From Treponema sp. (GTDB lineage: Bacteria > Spirochaetota > Spirochaetia > Treponematales > Breznakiellaceae), in contig JAIRND010000066.1 of assembly GCA_031258225.1 (NCBI GenBank), positions 1-57,357 on the forward strand: a stretch of DNA of 57,357 nt, read 5' to 3'. The notes below the pieces were generated by a model, which worked only from the letters and a program-made list of their open reading frames with translations, made no database searches and was not told where the DNA came from. How positions within the stretch are numbered: position 1 is the first letter of the stretch; the number at the start of each line of letters is the position of its first letter. Positions 16,365 to 25,854 of this stretch are shown piece by piece. Made by a program: the position numbers and the translations under genes.

Positions 16365-18039
16365 TTCACCGTTCAGACGTTTTGTTGTCAACCTGGGGCT
16401 CGCGGCCCTGGGCATGCTTCTTTTTGCCCTTTCCTTCCCCAACCCGCTGGTGGAAAAGGGTCTTCCCCTCGCCGCCTGGGTTGCCTGGGTTCCGGTCTTC
16501 CTGCTGGCCGGCCGCGTAAGCCTTCCCGCTTCAATCCTCTGGGGCGCCCTGTACGGCTGTGGGGCCTACAGCCTGTTCAACTATTGGATGGGCGCGTTTC
16601 ACCCAATGGCGGGGCTCATCATCAATGCCATCTACACGGTCTACCTGGCGCTGGTGTTTCCCCTGCTCCGCCTGGCGCGGATCCTGTTTCCCCGGCGTTT
16701 TTACCTGATCCAGTGGGCAATCTGGCTGGCCTACGAGTACCTGCGGACCCTGGGTTTTTTGGGCTACCCCTACGGAATCTCCGGCTACTCCCAGTGGGAG
16801 ATTATCCCCGTCATTCAGGTGGCGCGGCTGGGGGGAGTGTGGGCGGTCTGTGCCCTGGTTATGTTCCCCTCCGCCTGGCTGGGCGCCGCGCTGGGGGAGG
16901 CGGACCGTCCGGGGGCGATACCGGGGGCCCTTGCCGGATTTTTCCGCCGGGAATGGGCAAGCGCCCTCTGCTGGGGTGTCTGCCTCTGCCTTGCCCTTGG
17001 GTACGGGATCCGCGTCCGGGGGGGCTACGAGGACGCGCCCCATGCCCGTATTGCCCTTATCCAGCACAACACCGACCCGTGGCGGGGGGACATGGACGAG
17101 TACCGTCAGAATTTGCGGGTTCTAAGCCGCCTTTCCGACGAGGCCCTGCGGGCCGACCCAAAGCCCGACATGGTGGTCTGGTCGGAAACCGCCTTTGTCC
17201 CCCGGATCTACTGGCACGACAACTACCGGGATGACCAGGAATCCTGGGCCCTGGTCCGGGAACTCCTGAACTACCTGTCCTGGCAGGAGGTTCCCTTTGT
17301 CCTGGGCAACGACGACGCCCGCCTGGAGGGGGACGGACGCGGGGGCTGGGAGCGCGTGGACTACAACGCCGTGCTGCTTTTTGAGGGGGCGGAACTACGC
17401 GATCTGTACCGTAAACTCCACCTGGTGCCCTTTACGGAGTACTTTCCCTACGAGCGCCAATTCCCCATGATTTACGAGGCCCTGGTTAAGGCGGATACTC
17501 ATTTCTGGAAAAAGGGGAAGGAAGCCGTGGTTTTTTCCGTTGACGTTTCCCGTCCCGGCGGCCCCGGTACCCTGAAATTTTCCACCCCCATCTGTTTCGA
17601 GGACACCTTTGGCTATTTAAGCCGTGAATTTGTGCGGAACGGGGCGGAACTTATCGTCAATCTTACCAACGACGCCTGGTCCCACAGCCTTCCCGCCCAG
17701 AATCAGCACTTGACAATGGCGGTGTTCCGGGCCGTGGAGAACAACCGCGCCATGGTCCGCTCCACGGCCTCCGGCCAGACCTGCGGGATAAACCCCGACG
17801 GCCGCGTCATCGCCCTGGCCCCCCCCTTTACGGAATCCTGGCTTACCGTCGAGGTTCCGGTGCTTACCGGCGGTACCACCCTTTATACCGCCCGCGGGGA
17901 TTATCTGGGCGGGTTTTTTGTGGCGCTGGCGGCGGCCCTGTTGATTCTTGGCGCGGTATTTCGTATACTTTTTAACATTAAAAAACTGATTCCGCCGCGA
18001 AAAGAAACCGGTAGTTCGGCCCGGAGGTCGTTTGTTTAA
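16342..18039 (+). CDS. lnt: apolipoprotein N-acyltransferase
   Basis: Multi-TM N-half plus a CN-hydrolase domain (VVWSETAF, YRKLHLVPFTEYFPY, ICFEDTF). Start placed at ATG 16342, overlapping the HU gene end. The longer ORF-track start at 16174 is rejected. Confidence 0.85.
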   Translation: MIMNPIANSPFRRFVVNLGLAALGMLLFALSFPNPLVEKGLPLAAWVAWVPVFLLAGRVSLPASILWGALYGCGAYSLFNYWMGAFHPMAGLIINAIYTVYLALVFPLLRLARILFPRRFYLIQWAIWLAYEYLRTLGFLGYPYGISGYSQWEIIPVIQVARLGGVWAVCALVMFPSAWLGAALGEADRPGAIPGALAGFFRREWASALCWGVCLCLALGYGIRVRGGYEDAPHARIALIQHNTDPWRGDMDEYRQNLRVLSRLSDEALRADPKPDMVVWSETAFVPRIYWHDNYRDDQESWALVRELLNYLSWQEVPFVLGNDDARLEGDGRGGWERVDYNAVLLFEGAELRDLYRKLHLVPFTEYFPYERQFPMIYEALVKADTHFWKKGKEAVVFSVDVSRPGGPGTLKFSTPICFEDTFGYLSREFVRNGAELIVNLTNDAWSHSLPAQNQHLTMAVFRAVENNRAMVRSTASGQTCGINPDGRVIALAPPFTESWLTVEVPVLTGGTTLYTARGDYLGGFFVALAAALLILGAVFRILFNIKKLIPPRKETGSSARRSFV

Positions 18040-18111
18040 CGTGAACGCCCAGGGATGGCGGACGGTGGTTCCATGTTTCCAGGACAGGCGGTGGCGGCAA
18101 GGAATGGACCA

Positions 18112-18819
18112 ATGAATACCCGAAAGAAGATACTCATAGTTGACGATGAGCAGCTTAACCTTGAGTTCTTCGAAGTTATGCTCTCCAAACTGGGCTTTAT
18201 CGTCGACAAGGCGAACGACGGCCTGGAGGCCCTGGAAAAGGTCAAGCGGTTTTTGCCGGATCTTATCCTGCTGGATAATATCATGCCCCGCATGTCGGGC
18301 TGGGAAGTAACCAAGACCCTCAAGGCGGACCCCAAGTTCCAGGATATTCCGGTTGTTATGTTCTCCGCTCTTGACGATGTAAAGGACAAACTGGAAGGTT
18401 ATGATCTGGGGGTGGAGGACTACATCACCAAGCCCTTTAACTTTTCCGAAGTCCTCGCCCGCATCCGGGTGGTTTTACGGAACCGGGAACTCTTCGCGCA
18501 GATTGCGGTGAGGGAGGAGCGGCTCAGCCTGGCGGAAGCCCTGCACGAGGACACCGAAAACAGCCTCCGCGATTTTATCCGCGGGCTTGATGAGATGGAT
18601 GTGGTTCTGGCACAGTGTTCACGCTTGGGGGATGGGGCCGGGGAAGTTTCGCCGGTACTTTTGGAAGCGGCGGAGAGGAGCCGTTCCCTGCGCAAGCGGA
18701 TAGCGGAACTGGAAGGCCGCATCGAAAAGACCATGGTGGAATGGGACGAGCTAAAGAAAAACGAAGTGGACCTTAGGGAACTGGAAGATCGGGGCCGGGG
18801 TTACGGGTCCCAGGAATAA
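18112..18819 (+). CDS. response regulator: CheY-like receiver plus C-terminal coiled coil, no recognisable output domain
   Basis: KKILIVDDE...DLILLDNIMPRMSGWEV...PVVMFSA...DYITKPF. Confidence 0.85.
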   Translation: MNTRKKILIVDDEQLNLEFFEVMLSKLGFIVDKANDGLEALEKVKRFLPDLILLDNIMPRMSGWEVTKTLKADPKFQDIPVVMFSALDDVKDKLEGYDLGVEDYITKPFNFSEVLARIRVVLRNRELFAQIAVREERLSLAEALHEDTENSLRDFIRGLDEMDVVLAQCSRLGDGAGEVSPVLLEAAERSRSLRKRIAELEGRIEKTMVEWDELKKNEVDLRELEDRGRGYGSQE

Positions 18820-18826
18820 TCAGGAC

Positions 18827-19258
18827 ATGAAGACGGAAGCTAAAAAGAAAGACGCCCCGGACGAGGTAGTGCTGGGGGTAAGCACCAGTTTTGACGGGTT
18901 TCTCCGTTTTAGGGAAACCCTGCGAATCCGGGGAAAATTCAAGGGAACCATCGAGGCAACCGGGGCCCTTATCGTTGACAAAGGCGCGGTGGTGGAGGCG
19001 GATCGCATTTCCGTTACCTCCCTTACCGTCTACGGTACCGTGGTCGGCGCCGTATACGCGATAGACAAGGTGGACATGCTAAGCGGGGCGGAACTGCGGG
19101 GAGATGTTACCGCGGCGCGGCTCCGGATTGCCGACGGGGTGTTGTTTGACGGTCAATGCAGTATGACCGGGGTGGATAAAGAAGTGGAGATATTCTCCCG
19201 TCCTACCGGGGAAATAAAAGCGGAACTGCAGAGACTCCATGGGCCGCGGCCGGACTAA
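18827..19258 (+). CDS. bactofilin (polymer-forming cytoskeletal protein)
   Basis: Beta-helical repeats such as FRETLRIRGKFKGTIEATGALIVDKGAVVEADRISVTSLTVYGTVVGAV, matching the DUF583 pattern. Confidence 0.8.
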   Translation: MKTEAKKKDAPDEVVLGVSTSFDGFLRFRETLRIRGKFKGTIEATGALIVDKGAVVEADRISVTSLTVYGTVVGAVYAIDKVDMLSGAELRGDVTAARLRIADGVLFDGQCSMTGVDKEVEIFSRPTGEIKAELQRLHGPRPD

Positions 19259-19835
19259 CGAAACACCCGGAACCGCGTTCCCCCCCGCCGGTTTAGCGGC
19301 GGGGGCCGGTTTACCGGCGGGGGCCGGTTTACCGGCCCAACGTCTGGTGGAAGCCCTGCTCCACCGCCGCCGGACCATGGCGGCCGCGGAATCCTGTACC
19401 GCCGGCATGGTGGCGGATCTGGTCGCGCGGATCCCCGGCGCCTCACGGGTGCTATGGGGTTCCTTTGTTACCTACATGGTGGACGCGAAGGTCAAGGCCC
19501 TGGGCCTTGACCCCGGGGAACTGCGAAAATTCGGCCCGGTAAGCCGGGAAACCGCCTGCGCCATGGCGCTTGGGGCCCTGGACAGAAGCGGCGCCGATTA
19601 CGCGGTGGCCGTTACCGGCCTGGCCGGTCCCGGCGGGGATGGAAGCGGGGTCCCGGTGGGCACGGTGTGGATAGCCACCGTAGACCGGGAACGGGTGCCC
19701 GCGGCCCGCGAGTTTCACTTTGAGGGGGCGCGGAACGAGATTCGCGAACGCGCCGCCAGGGAATCGCTTGAAGCCTTATTAAAGCGGATTTTATTGGGAG
19801 AAAGTGATAGAAATGAAGTTTCTTCTCCCGTTTAA
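19239..19835 (+). CDS. CinA-family protein / nicotinamide-nucleotide amidohydrolase (PncC-like)
   Basis: [12 protein letters not shown]...GSFVTY...[13 protein letters not shown]...GTVWIA. The start is uncertain because the N-terminus contains an 18-nt tandem repeat. Confidence 0.8.
   Translation: MGRGRTNETPGTAFPPAGLAAGAGLPAGAGLPAQRLVEALLHRRRTMAAAESCTAGMVADLVARIPGASRVLWGSFVTYMVDAKVKALGLDPGELRKFGPVSRETACAMALGALDRSGADYAVAVTGLAGPGGDGSGVPVGTVWIATVDRERVPAAREFHFEGARNEIRERAARESLEALLKRILLGESDRNEVSSPV
19287..19340 (+). repeat. 3 x 18-nt tandem repeat (GCCGGTTTACCGGCGGGG-like)
   Basis: Units at 19287-19304, 19305-19322 and 19323-19340. It encodes AGAGLP repeats if translated as the CinA N-terminus. 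Confidence 0.8.
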
Positions 19836-19861
19836 TTTTTTATAGGAGAACAGGTTTATCT

Positions 19862-21640
19862 ATGGCAGTTGTACGGAGAAGCTCAAAGGCAAAGCCGGCG
19901 GAACTTCCGTTGGAGGAAGCGGTAACGGTGGACCGGCGAAAGAGGATGTTGGCGGAACCCCCCCTTAACGGCGAGGATTTTTCCGGTTCCGGTAATGAAC
20001 CGGAGGAAACCCAACTGGAGTCCGGTGAAGACGGCTGGGATGGAGACGATAACCAGGAGGACAGGCCGGGGGGCCGGGTCGTGGTTCGGGCCCGGACCAG
20101 GAGGACTGTTTCGCCCCGTGAGTCCCGCGAACGGGATTCACGGCCCCGGCAGGGTCCCGTCGAGAACTACGACGGCGGAAACCCCTACGGTTCCCGGCAG
20201 CCGGCCCAGGCAAAGGTAAGCGGCGAGGGGAATTTCGCGCCTCCCCAGACCAAGGGACGGCTCCCCGTTCCGCAGGACTCCATGTCCCTGCCCAAGGAAC
20301 TTCCCCCCATGCCGGACATCTACGGCAAACCCGAACCCCGCGGGGGGGAGGACAACGGGAAACCCCGGCTCTGTATCAATGAGCTTATCCGCCTGAACAT
20401 GATGGACCTGCGGGATCTGGCGGCCTGCTACAACATTTCCCATGAAGACATGGTGAACATGAAGAAGCAGGAGATCATCTTCTCCCTGCTCAAGGCCCAT
20501 ACCGAACGGGGCGGGGTCATCTACGCCTACGGTTCCCTGGAGATACTCCCCGACAGTTACGGCTTTCTCCGGAGCCCGCAGAATTCCTACCTCCCCGGGC
20601 CCGACGACATCTACATCAGCCCAAGCCAGATACGGCTCTTCGCCCTCAAAACCGGGGATACCGTCTACGGACAGATACGCAGCCCCAAGGAACAGGAACG
20701 CTTCTTCGCCATGCTGCGCGTGGAAACGGTGAACTACGACGATCCCACCGTGGCCCAGAACCGTATCCCCTTTGACAACCTTACCCCCCTCTATCCAAAC
20801 CAAAAGCTGAACCTTGAAACAAGCACCGACAGCATTTCCGAACGGATCATCAACCTGTTCTGCCCCATCGGGAAGGGCCAGCGGGCGCTGATTGTGGCGC
20901 CCCCCCGGACCGGTAAAACCATCATGATGCAGAAGATCGCCAACGCGATCACCAAAAACCACCCGGAGGTGTACCTGATCGTACTGCTCATCGACGAGCG
21001 GCCCGAAGAAGTAACCGATATGGAGCGGACCGTCCGGGCGGAGGTGATCTCATCGACCTTTGACGAACAGGCGACCCGGCATGTGCAGGTAACCGAAATG
21101 GTACTGGAAAAGGCCAAGCGCCTGGTGGAACACAAAAAGGACGTGGTGATCCTGCTGGATTCCATTACGCGCCTTGCCCGCGCCTACAACCAGACCGTCC
21201 CCACCAGCGGGAAGATCCTCTCAGGCGGCGTGGACAGCAACGCCCTCCACAAACCCAAGCGGTTTTTCGGCGCCGCCCGGAACATTGAGGAGGGGGGAAG
21301 CCTTACCATCATCTCCACCGCCCTTATCGAGACCGGCAGCCGCATGGACGAGGTCATCTTTGAGGAATTCAAGGGCACGGGCAATATGGAAATCGACCTG
21401 GACCGGCGAATTTCCGACCGCCGGCTATTCCCGGCCATCAACATCAAAAAATCCGGGACCAGGAAAGAGGAACTCCTCCTTACCGAGGAGGAACTCCAGA
21501 AAATCTGGATACTCCGGAAGGTTATCAACCCAATGGACGATATTGAGATCATTGAGCTCCTGATTGACAGGATGAAGAAAAGCAAGAATAATGAGGCTTT
21601 CCTGCGATCCATGAATACCGGTACCGCCGGCGTGGATTAG
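19862..21640 (+). CDS. rho: transcription termination factor Rho with a ~170-aa charged N-terminal extension
   Basis: Walker [15 protein letters not shown], and a Rho_N-like [16 protein letters not shown] starting near aa 172. Confidence 0.93.
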   Translation: MAVVRRSSKAKPAELPLEEAVTVDRRKRMLAEPPLNGEDFSGSGNEPEETQLESGEDGWDGDDNQEDRPGGRVVVRARTRRTVSPRESRERDSRPRQGPVENYDGGNPYGSRQPAQAKVSGEGNFAPPQTKGRLPVPQDSMSLPKELPPMPDIYGKPEPRGGEDNGKPRLCINELIRLNMMDLRDLAACYNISHEDMVNMKKQEIIFSLLKAHTERGGVIYAYGSLEILPDSYGFLRSPQNSYLPGPDDIYISPSQIRLFALKTGDTVYGQIRSPKEQERFFAMLRVETVNYDDPTVAQNRIPFDNLTPLYPNQKLNLETSTDSISERIINLFCPIGKGQRALIVAPPRTGKTIMMQKIANAITKNHPEVYLIVLLIDERPEEVTDMERTVRAEVISSTFDEQATRHVQVTEMVLEKAKRLVEHKKDVVILLDSITRLARAYNQTVPTSGKILSGGVDSNALHKPKRFFGAARNIEEGGSLTIISTALIETGSRMDEVIFEEFKGTGNMEIDLDRRISDRRLFPAINIKKSGTRKEELLLTEEELQKIWILRKVINPMDDIEIIELLIDRMKKSKNNEAFLRSMNTGTAGVD

Positions 21641-21691
21641 GCGTCCTTAAACCCTTAATGGGGAGTTGGACAAGGTGGAGGATTTGTTTGC

Positions 21692-21895
21692 ATGAAAGAG
21701 AAGATACATCCCGCGTATGAAGTGACCACGATCACCTGTGTCTGTGGAAACGTGATCGAAACCCGCTCAACCGCCAGGAACCTCAAGGTGGAAATCTGTT
21801 CCGCCTGTCATCCCTTCTTTACCGGAAAACAGAAACTGGTGGATACCGCGGGCCGGATTGAACGCTTCCGCCGGAAGTACAACATCACCACGTAG
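21692..21895 (+). CDS. rpmE: 50S ribosomal protein L31
   Basis: MKEKIHPAY...[13 protein letters not shown]. Confidence 0.95.
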   Translation: MKEKIHPAYEVTTITCVCGNVIETRSTARNLKVEICSACHPFFTGKQKLVDTAGRIERFRRKYNITT

Positions 21896-22049
21896 CGGTT
21901 TGCCGCGCTTCGCCTCAACCGGGCCGCGATAAACGAATGGAACATAGCGCAGGCGGATTCTACTTGTTTTTCCGGGGCATAGCCCTACCCGGGAGGGATA
22001 GAGTACTGTTTGGGGTGTTCTGTAGGCTAAGGATGCGCCTGCAAAATTC

Positions 22050-23081
22050 CTAGCGTTTATCCTGTAACCCGTACAGGTAGCAGGCGGGGACGCTCCGCTT
22101 GGTGAAATCCTCGTCCCGCAGTTTTTCCGTCAGGACAAGGGGGCGCCGTGAAACCTCCGCGCTTAGCTTAAAACCCCTCATGTTAACGCTGAATATCAGG
22201 CTTCCCCCGGGGCTCAAAAGCCCCAGGCAGCGGTCCAGCAGGGCCCCGTGGTCCCGTTTGATGTCCAGCGTTCCCTCCATCATCTTGGAGTTGGAGAAGG
22301 TGGGGGGATCCAGGATAACAAGATCCCAGCGGCGGCGGGCGGCCCCGGCAAGAAAGGCCCGCGCGTCCGCGCGGATAAACCGGAATTCCGGCCGGTCTCC
22401 CAGGCCGTTCAGCGCGAAATTCCGGCGGCCCCAGTCCAGATAGGTGGCGGACAGATCCACCGAATCCACCGACACGGCGCCGCCCGCCGCCGCGTACACC
22501 GAGAACGAACAGGTATGGGCAAACAGGTTCAGTACCCGCTTGCCCGCGGCCATGCCGCGGATCAGGGCCCGCAGGAGCCGCCGGTCAAGGAAAAGCCCCG
22601 TGTCCAGCCGGTCCGCCAGGTTTACCTCGAAGCGCAGGCCCCCCTCGCGGACAATGAACCGGGCCCCCCGCCCGTTTCGCGGGGTTTCATGCCCCACACC
22701 GCCCCGTTGCCGCCGCCGCTCGCGGATAAAAAGGGCGGACCCGGGGATGTCCAGGGCCCGTCCGGCGGCCTCCTCCATCGCGCCAAGCCAGGCCTCCTCC
22801 TCCGCCGGATCCTTTTCGTAGGGCCTGCGGTACAGGGAACCGGCCACGAACCTTCCGGCGGGGGAGGGCAGCACAGAGGGCGGCCCTCCCCCGTCCTCCG
22901 TTTCCCCGGCATCCTCACGGTAAAAGTCCAGAACCAGCGGGATTTCGGGAATATCCCTGTCGTAGAGGCGGAAGGCGCCGGTTCCGGTACGCCGGGCCCA
23001 TTTTGAAAGGTGCCGGTACCGTTTCCGCAGCCGGTTTTCCAGCATCAGGGCCTCTAACGCTGAATCGTGTCGTGTTGTCAT
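22050..23081 (-). CDS. class I SAM-dependent rRNA methyltransferase (RlmI/RlmK-like)
   Basis: VLNLFAHTCSFSVYAA, VDLSATYLDWGRRNF, DLVILDPPTFS. ATG 23081 is preferred over the TTG at 23111. Confidence 0.7.
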   Translation of the reverse strand: MTTRHDSALEALMLENRLRKRYRHLSKWARRTGTGAFRLYDRDIPEIPLVLDFYREDAGETEDGGGPPSVLPSPAGRFVAGSLYRRPYEKDPAEEEAWLGAMEEAAGRALDIPGSALFIRERRRQRGGVGHETPRNGRGARFIVREGGLRFEVNLADRLDTGLFLDRRLLRALIRGMAAGKRVLNLFAHTCSFSVYAAAGGAVSVDSVDLSATYLDWGRRNFALNGLGDRPEFRFIRADARAFLAGAARRRWDLVILDPPTFSNSKMMEGTLDIKRDHGALLDRCLGLLSPGGSLIFSVNMRGFKLSAEVSRRPLVLTEKLRDEDFTKRSVPACYLYGLQDKR

Positions 23082-23179
23082 TCGCTCCCCTGTCCCCGTA
23101 CCTTGGTCCAAGTATCTTGGTACCTTAGCACAGGGAGCTGGTAATAGACAGGGGAAGCAAATTTACAAGGTCAGGGAAG

Positions 23180-24154
23180 ATGGCTACACTTAGCCGTATA
23201 ACCATGAACATTATCCGCTTCGATCAGTTCCGTGTACCCAGGCCCAGGCGGTGGATAAGACTGCCGGCGGCCATGTTGCTCCCCATCCTCGTGGCGGCCG
23301 CGGTTTTTTTCTTCCGGTCCCCGGTTCTGTTTGTGAGCGACGCCGGTTTTGATTATATGTACGGGTTCAGGCGGACCCTTGGCGCCCGCGTCTCCCTCTC
23401 CCTGCGGCTGTTCCGGCGGGTGAAACAGGTCCTTATAGCGGAGAACGCGGACCCCGAGGCGATGGTGTTCGCCATCGAGGAGGAGGAACGGCGCCCCTGG
23501 GCGGTTCTGGGCCATTCCCGCTATTCCCGGGGCCTTAACCGGTATGCCCTGCAGCGGGCGGATGTCAGGGTTATCATCATCGGGGAGGATCCCGGGCCTT
23601 CGGATCCGGGCCCCGGCCCTTCCCCCGGCGAGGGGGAGGCGGAACGTGTGTTTCCCGACGCCGCCCTCAATTCCTGGCGCCTGGGCCGCTGCGCCGCGTT
23701 ACTGGCGGGGGAAACCGGGGGAGTCGTGCTGGTTTTTCAGGACCAGCGGGATTTTCCCGTGCGGCGGGAGGCTTTTCTGGCGGGCCTGCGGGAGGAAAGC
23801 GAAACCCTTGTTCCCCAGTACCTGGACCCCTCCGCCGCCTATTCGTCATGGGAACAGGTCCGCTGTGTCGTTCTGGCGGGGCCCGCGGAAGCCTACCTTG
23901 GCCGGGAACGGGAAATTCCCTGTCTTCTCTATTCGTGGATGGACAGCGCCCTTACCCCCTCTTCCGTCAAGGTTGTCGGCGACGATTCGCCGTGGGCCCT
24001 GGCGTTTGAGGCCCTCCGCGCTCCCCCGGACGGTTCGCCCTATAGGACCGTTCCCGCGGCCTTCGGCATCCCCTGGGGCAGGGCGGGGAATTTCGAGCGG
24101 TGGAACAGGCTGAAAAAGGCCCTTGCCTCTCGAATTCCCCAACAATTTCCGTAG
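23180..24154 (+). CDS. hypothetical membrane-anchored protein
   Basis: N-terminal TM segment LPAAMLLPILVAAAVFFF and a Pro/Gly/Asp linker. No motif recognised. Confidence 0.5.
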   Translation: MATLSRITMNIIRFDQFRVPRPRRWIRLPAAMLLPILVAAAVFFFRSPVLFVSDAGFDYMYGFRRTLGARVSLSLRLFRRVKQVLIAENADPEAMVFAIEEEERRPWAVLGHSRYSRGLNRYALQRADVRVIIIGEDPGPSDPGPGPSPGEGEAERVFPDAALNSWRLGRCAALLAGETGGVVLVFQDQRDFPVRREAFLAGLREESETLVPQYLDPSAAYSSWEQVRCVVLAGPAEAYLGREREIPCLLYSWMDSALTPSSVKVVGDDSPWALAFEALRAPPDGSPYRTVPAAFGIPWGRAGNFERWNRLKKALASRIPQQFP

Positions 24155-24169
24155 ATTATCCGGGCAAAT

Positions 24170-24198
24170 TTGACAAATCTACCGATAAGAACTATAAT
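24170..24198 (+). promoter_or_regulatory. consensus sigma70 promoter of the FlaA-like gene pair
   Basis: TTGACA (24170-24175), exactly 17 nt, TATAAT (24193-24198). AAAAGGAG RBS at 24253-24260. Confidence 0.65.
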
Positions 24199-24267
24199 GA
24201 ACTTCGATGTTTACCGTTTCATCGTTCCGGTTTTCCGGGTGGAACAGATTAGAAAAGGAGTAATTGG

Positions 24268-25035
24268 ATGAAACAGGGCTGTTTCAGGGTTATGTGTCTT
24301 GTTCTTCTGGTATGCGTGGTAGCCGTTCCGGGTTTTTCCGATGAGATTACCCTTAATTCCGAATCGTTTATCATAGAGTCGTTTGACGGAAGCGCCGCCC
24401 ACGAGTGGCTTATCGCCGGAAAACTCAATACCTACGAGTATTCCTGGCGCTCAATGGCCAACAGATTCACGATGGAAGGGTATCCCAGACTCAACTCCGT
24501 GTCCGCCTGGCCCCAGGCCCTGTTCGGCTTTAACCGCCAGGGGAATGACTACAAGGCCCTGGGTATTTTGGGTAACTTTACCCGTCCGGGGTACAACTGG
24601 GTGGATATTTATCCGGTGGCATCGGGTTCAGACGGGGAGGAGGCTGCCTTTGAAATTCCCCTTCCGGGCCGGGTCCTTTACCTGGACCTGTGGGTATGGG
24701 GCGCCAATCACGACTTTTACCTGGACGCCTATGTCCGCGATTACCAGGGCGTTGTCCATGTGTTAAGAATGGGGGATCTGTTCTACAAGGGCTGGAAAAA
24801 CCTGCGCGTGTCTATTCCGTCGCATATCAGGCAGTCCAAACGGGTCCTGCCCAACTACGCGGGACTGCACTTTGTGAAATTCCGGTTGTGGACCCGTCCA
24901 ACCGAATCGGTCGGGGACTTTTATGTGTACTTCGATCAGTTTAAGATACTAACCGATACCTTTGAGTCCTTCTATGATGGCGACGATCTGGCGGATCCTG
25001 AGCATGTGCAGGAACTCTGGTCGGGGAATAACTAA
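24268..25035 (+). CDS. FlaA-family flagellar filament outer-layer (sheath) protein, short paralog 1
   Basis: Has a signal peptide. WVWGANHDFYLDAYVRDYQGVVHVLRMGDLFYKGWKNL...GDFYVYFDQFKILTD matches my recollection of the spirochete FlaA C-terminal pattern. Confidence 0.72.
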   Translation: MKQGCFRVMCLVLLVCVVAVPGFSDEITLNSESFIIESFDGSAAHEWLIAGKLNTYEYSWRSMANRFTMEGYPRLNSVSAWPQALFGFNRQGNDYKALGILGNFTRPGYNWVDIYPVASGSDGEEAAFEIPLPGRVLYLDLWVWGANHDFYLDAYVRDYQGVVHVLRMGDLFYKGWKNLRVSIPSHIRQSKRVLPNYAGLHFVKFRLWTRPTESVGDFYVYFDQFKILTDTFESFYDGDDLADPEHVQELWSGNN

Positions 25036-25047
25036 GGGGGCCCGTAA

Positions 25048-25773
25048 ATGAAACGTGTTGTTCTGTCCGCTTTACTTCTTTTTTGCGCCGCGGCGCTGTT
25101 CGCCCAGACCGAGGTGGGCGCGGCTGATCCCATGGAAATCGGCGTAAACAGTCCCAATCAGGGGCTGGAACTAAAAGAAATTTCCGTTGATAAATTCGAG
25201 ATGGAAGGTTACTGGACTTCCCATATTTCCCCGGACAACGGGTATACCACCAGCCGGCTCTTTGTCGGCGCCCCCGCCGGAAAGGAGCCTCTGGAGGACG
25301 AAGACCAGTTCCAGATAGACGAGAAGTATGTACTGGGTACGCGGGTCGATTTTATCCACCGGGGCTATACCTCGATATACTTCCGCCCCCAGCACCCCAT
25401 TCCCATAGAGGGGATCACCAAAACCGTGTCCCTGTGGGTGGCGGGCAGGAATTTCAGCCACGAACTGTACCTCTTGGTCAGGGATTTCCTTGGCCGCGAA
25501 TTTGAACTGTACATCGGCAGGCTGGACTTTCCCGGCTGGAAAAAGCTGACCGTGGCGATCCCGCCCCCGGCGGACGACGGCAAGAACGGCGTTGTTCAGG
25601 GCGACTACCACTATTTTACCAGCAGGGGGATTATGGTTACCGGCCTCTTGATCAAACCCGATCCCTGGGAGACCTACGGCAGCTACTACGTCTACTTTGA
25701 CGATATGAGGGCGGTAACGGATCTGTTCAGCGAAAATAACCGGGACCCCGACGACATGCCGGACGCCTGGTAG
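25048..25773 (+). CDS. FlaA-family flagellar filament outer-layer (sheath) protein, short paralog 2
   Basis: Has a signal peptide. LWVAGRNFSHELYLLVRDFLGREFELYIGRLDFPGWKKL...GSYYVYFDDMRAVTD is paralogous to the preceding gene. The gap is 12 nt. Confidence 0.72.
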   Translation: MKRVVLSALLLFCAAALFAQTEVGAADPMEIGVNSPNQGLELKEISVDKFEMEGYWTSHISPDNGYTTSRLFVGAPAGKEPLEDEDQFQIDEKYVLGTRVDFIHRGYTSIYFRPQHPIPIEGITKTVSLWVAGRNFSHELYLLVRDFLGREFELYIGRLDFPGWKKLTVAIPPPADDGKNGVVQGDYHYFTSRGIMVTGLLIKPDPWETYGSYYVYFDDMRAVTDLFSENNRDPDDMPDAW

Positions 25774-25812
25774 ACCGGCGCCTCTGGCGGGGGCTATCTT
25801 GTTTGGAAACAC

Positions 25813-25844
25813 GGGGCGGCGACGATAAGTTGCCGCCCTTTTTT
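25813..25844 (+). terminator. intrinsic terminator after the FlaA-like pair
   Basis: GGGCGGC (25814-25820) pairs with GCCGCCC (25832-25838), followed by TTTTTT (25839-25844). Confidence 0.65.
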
Positions 25845-25854
25845 ATGCCCCGTC

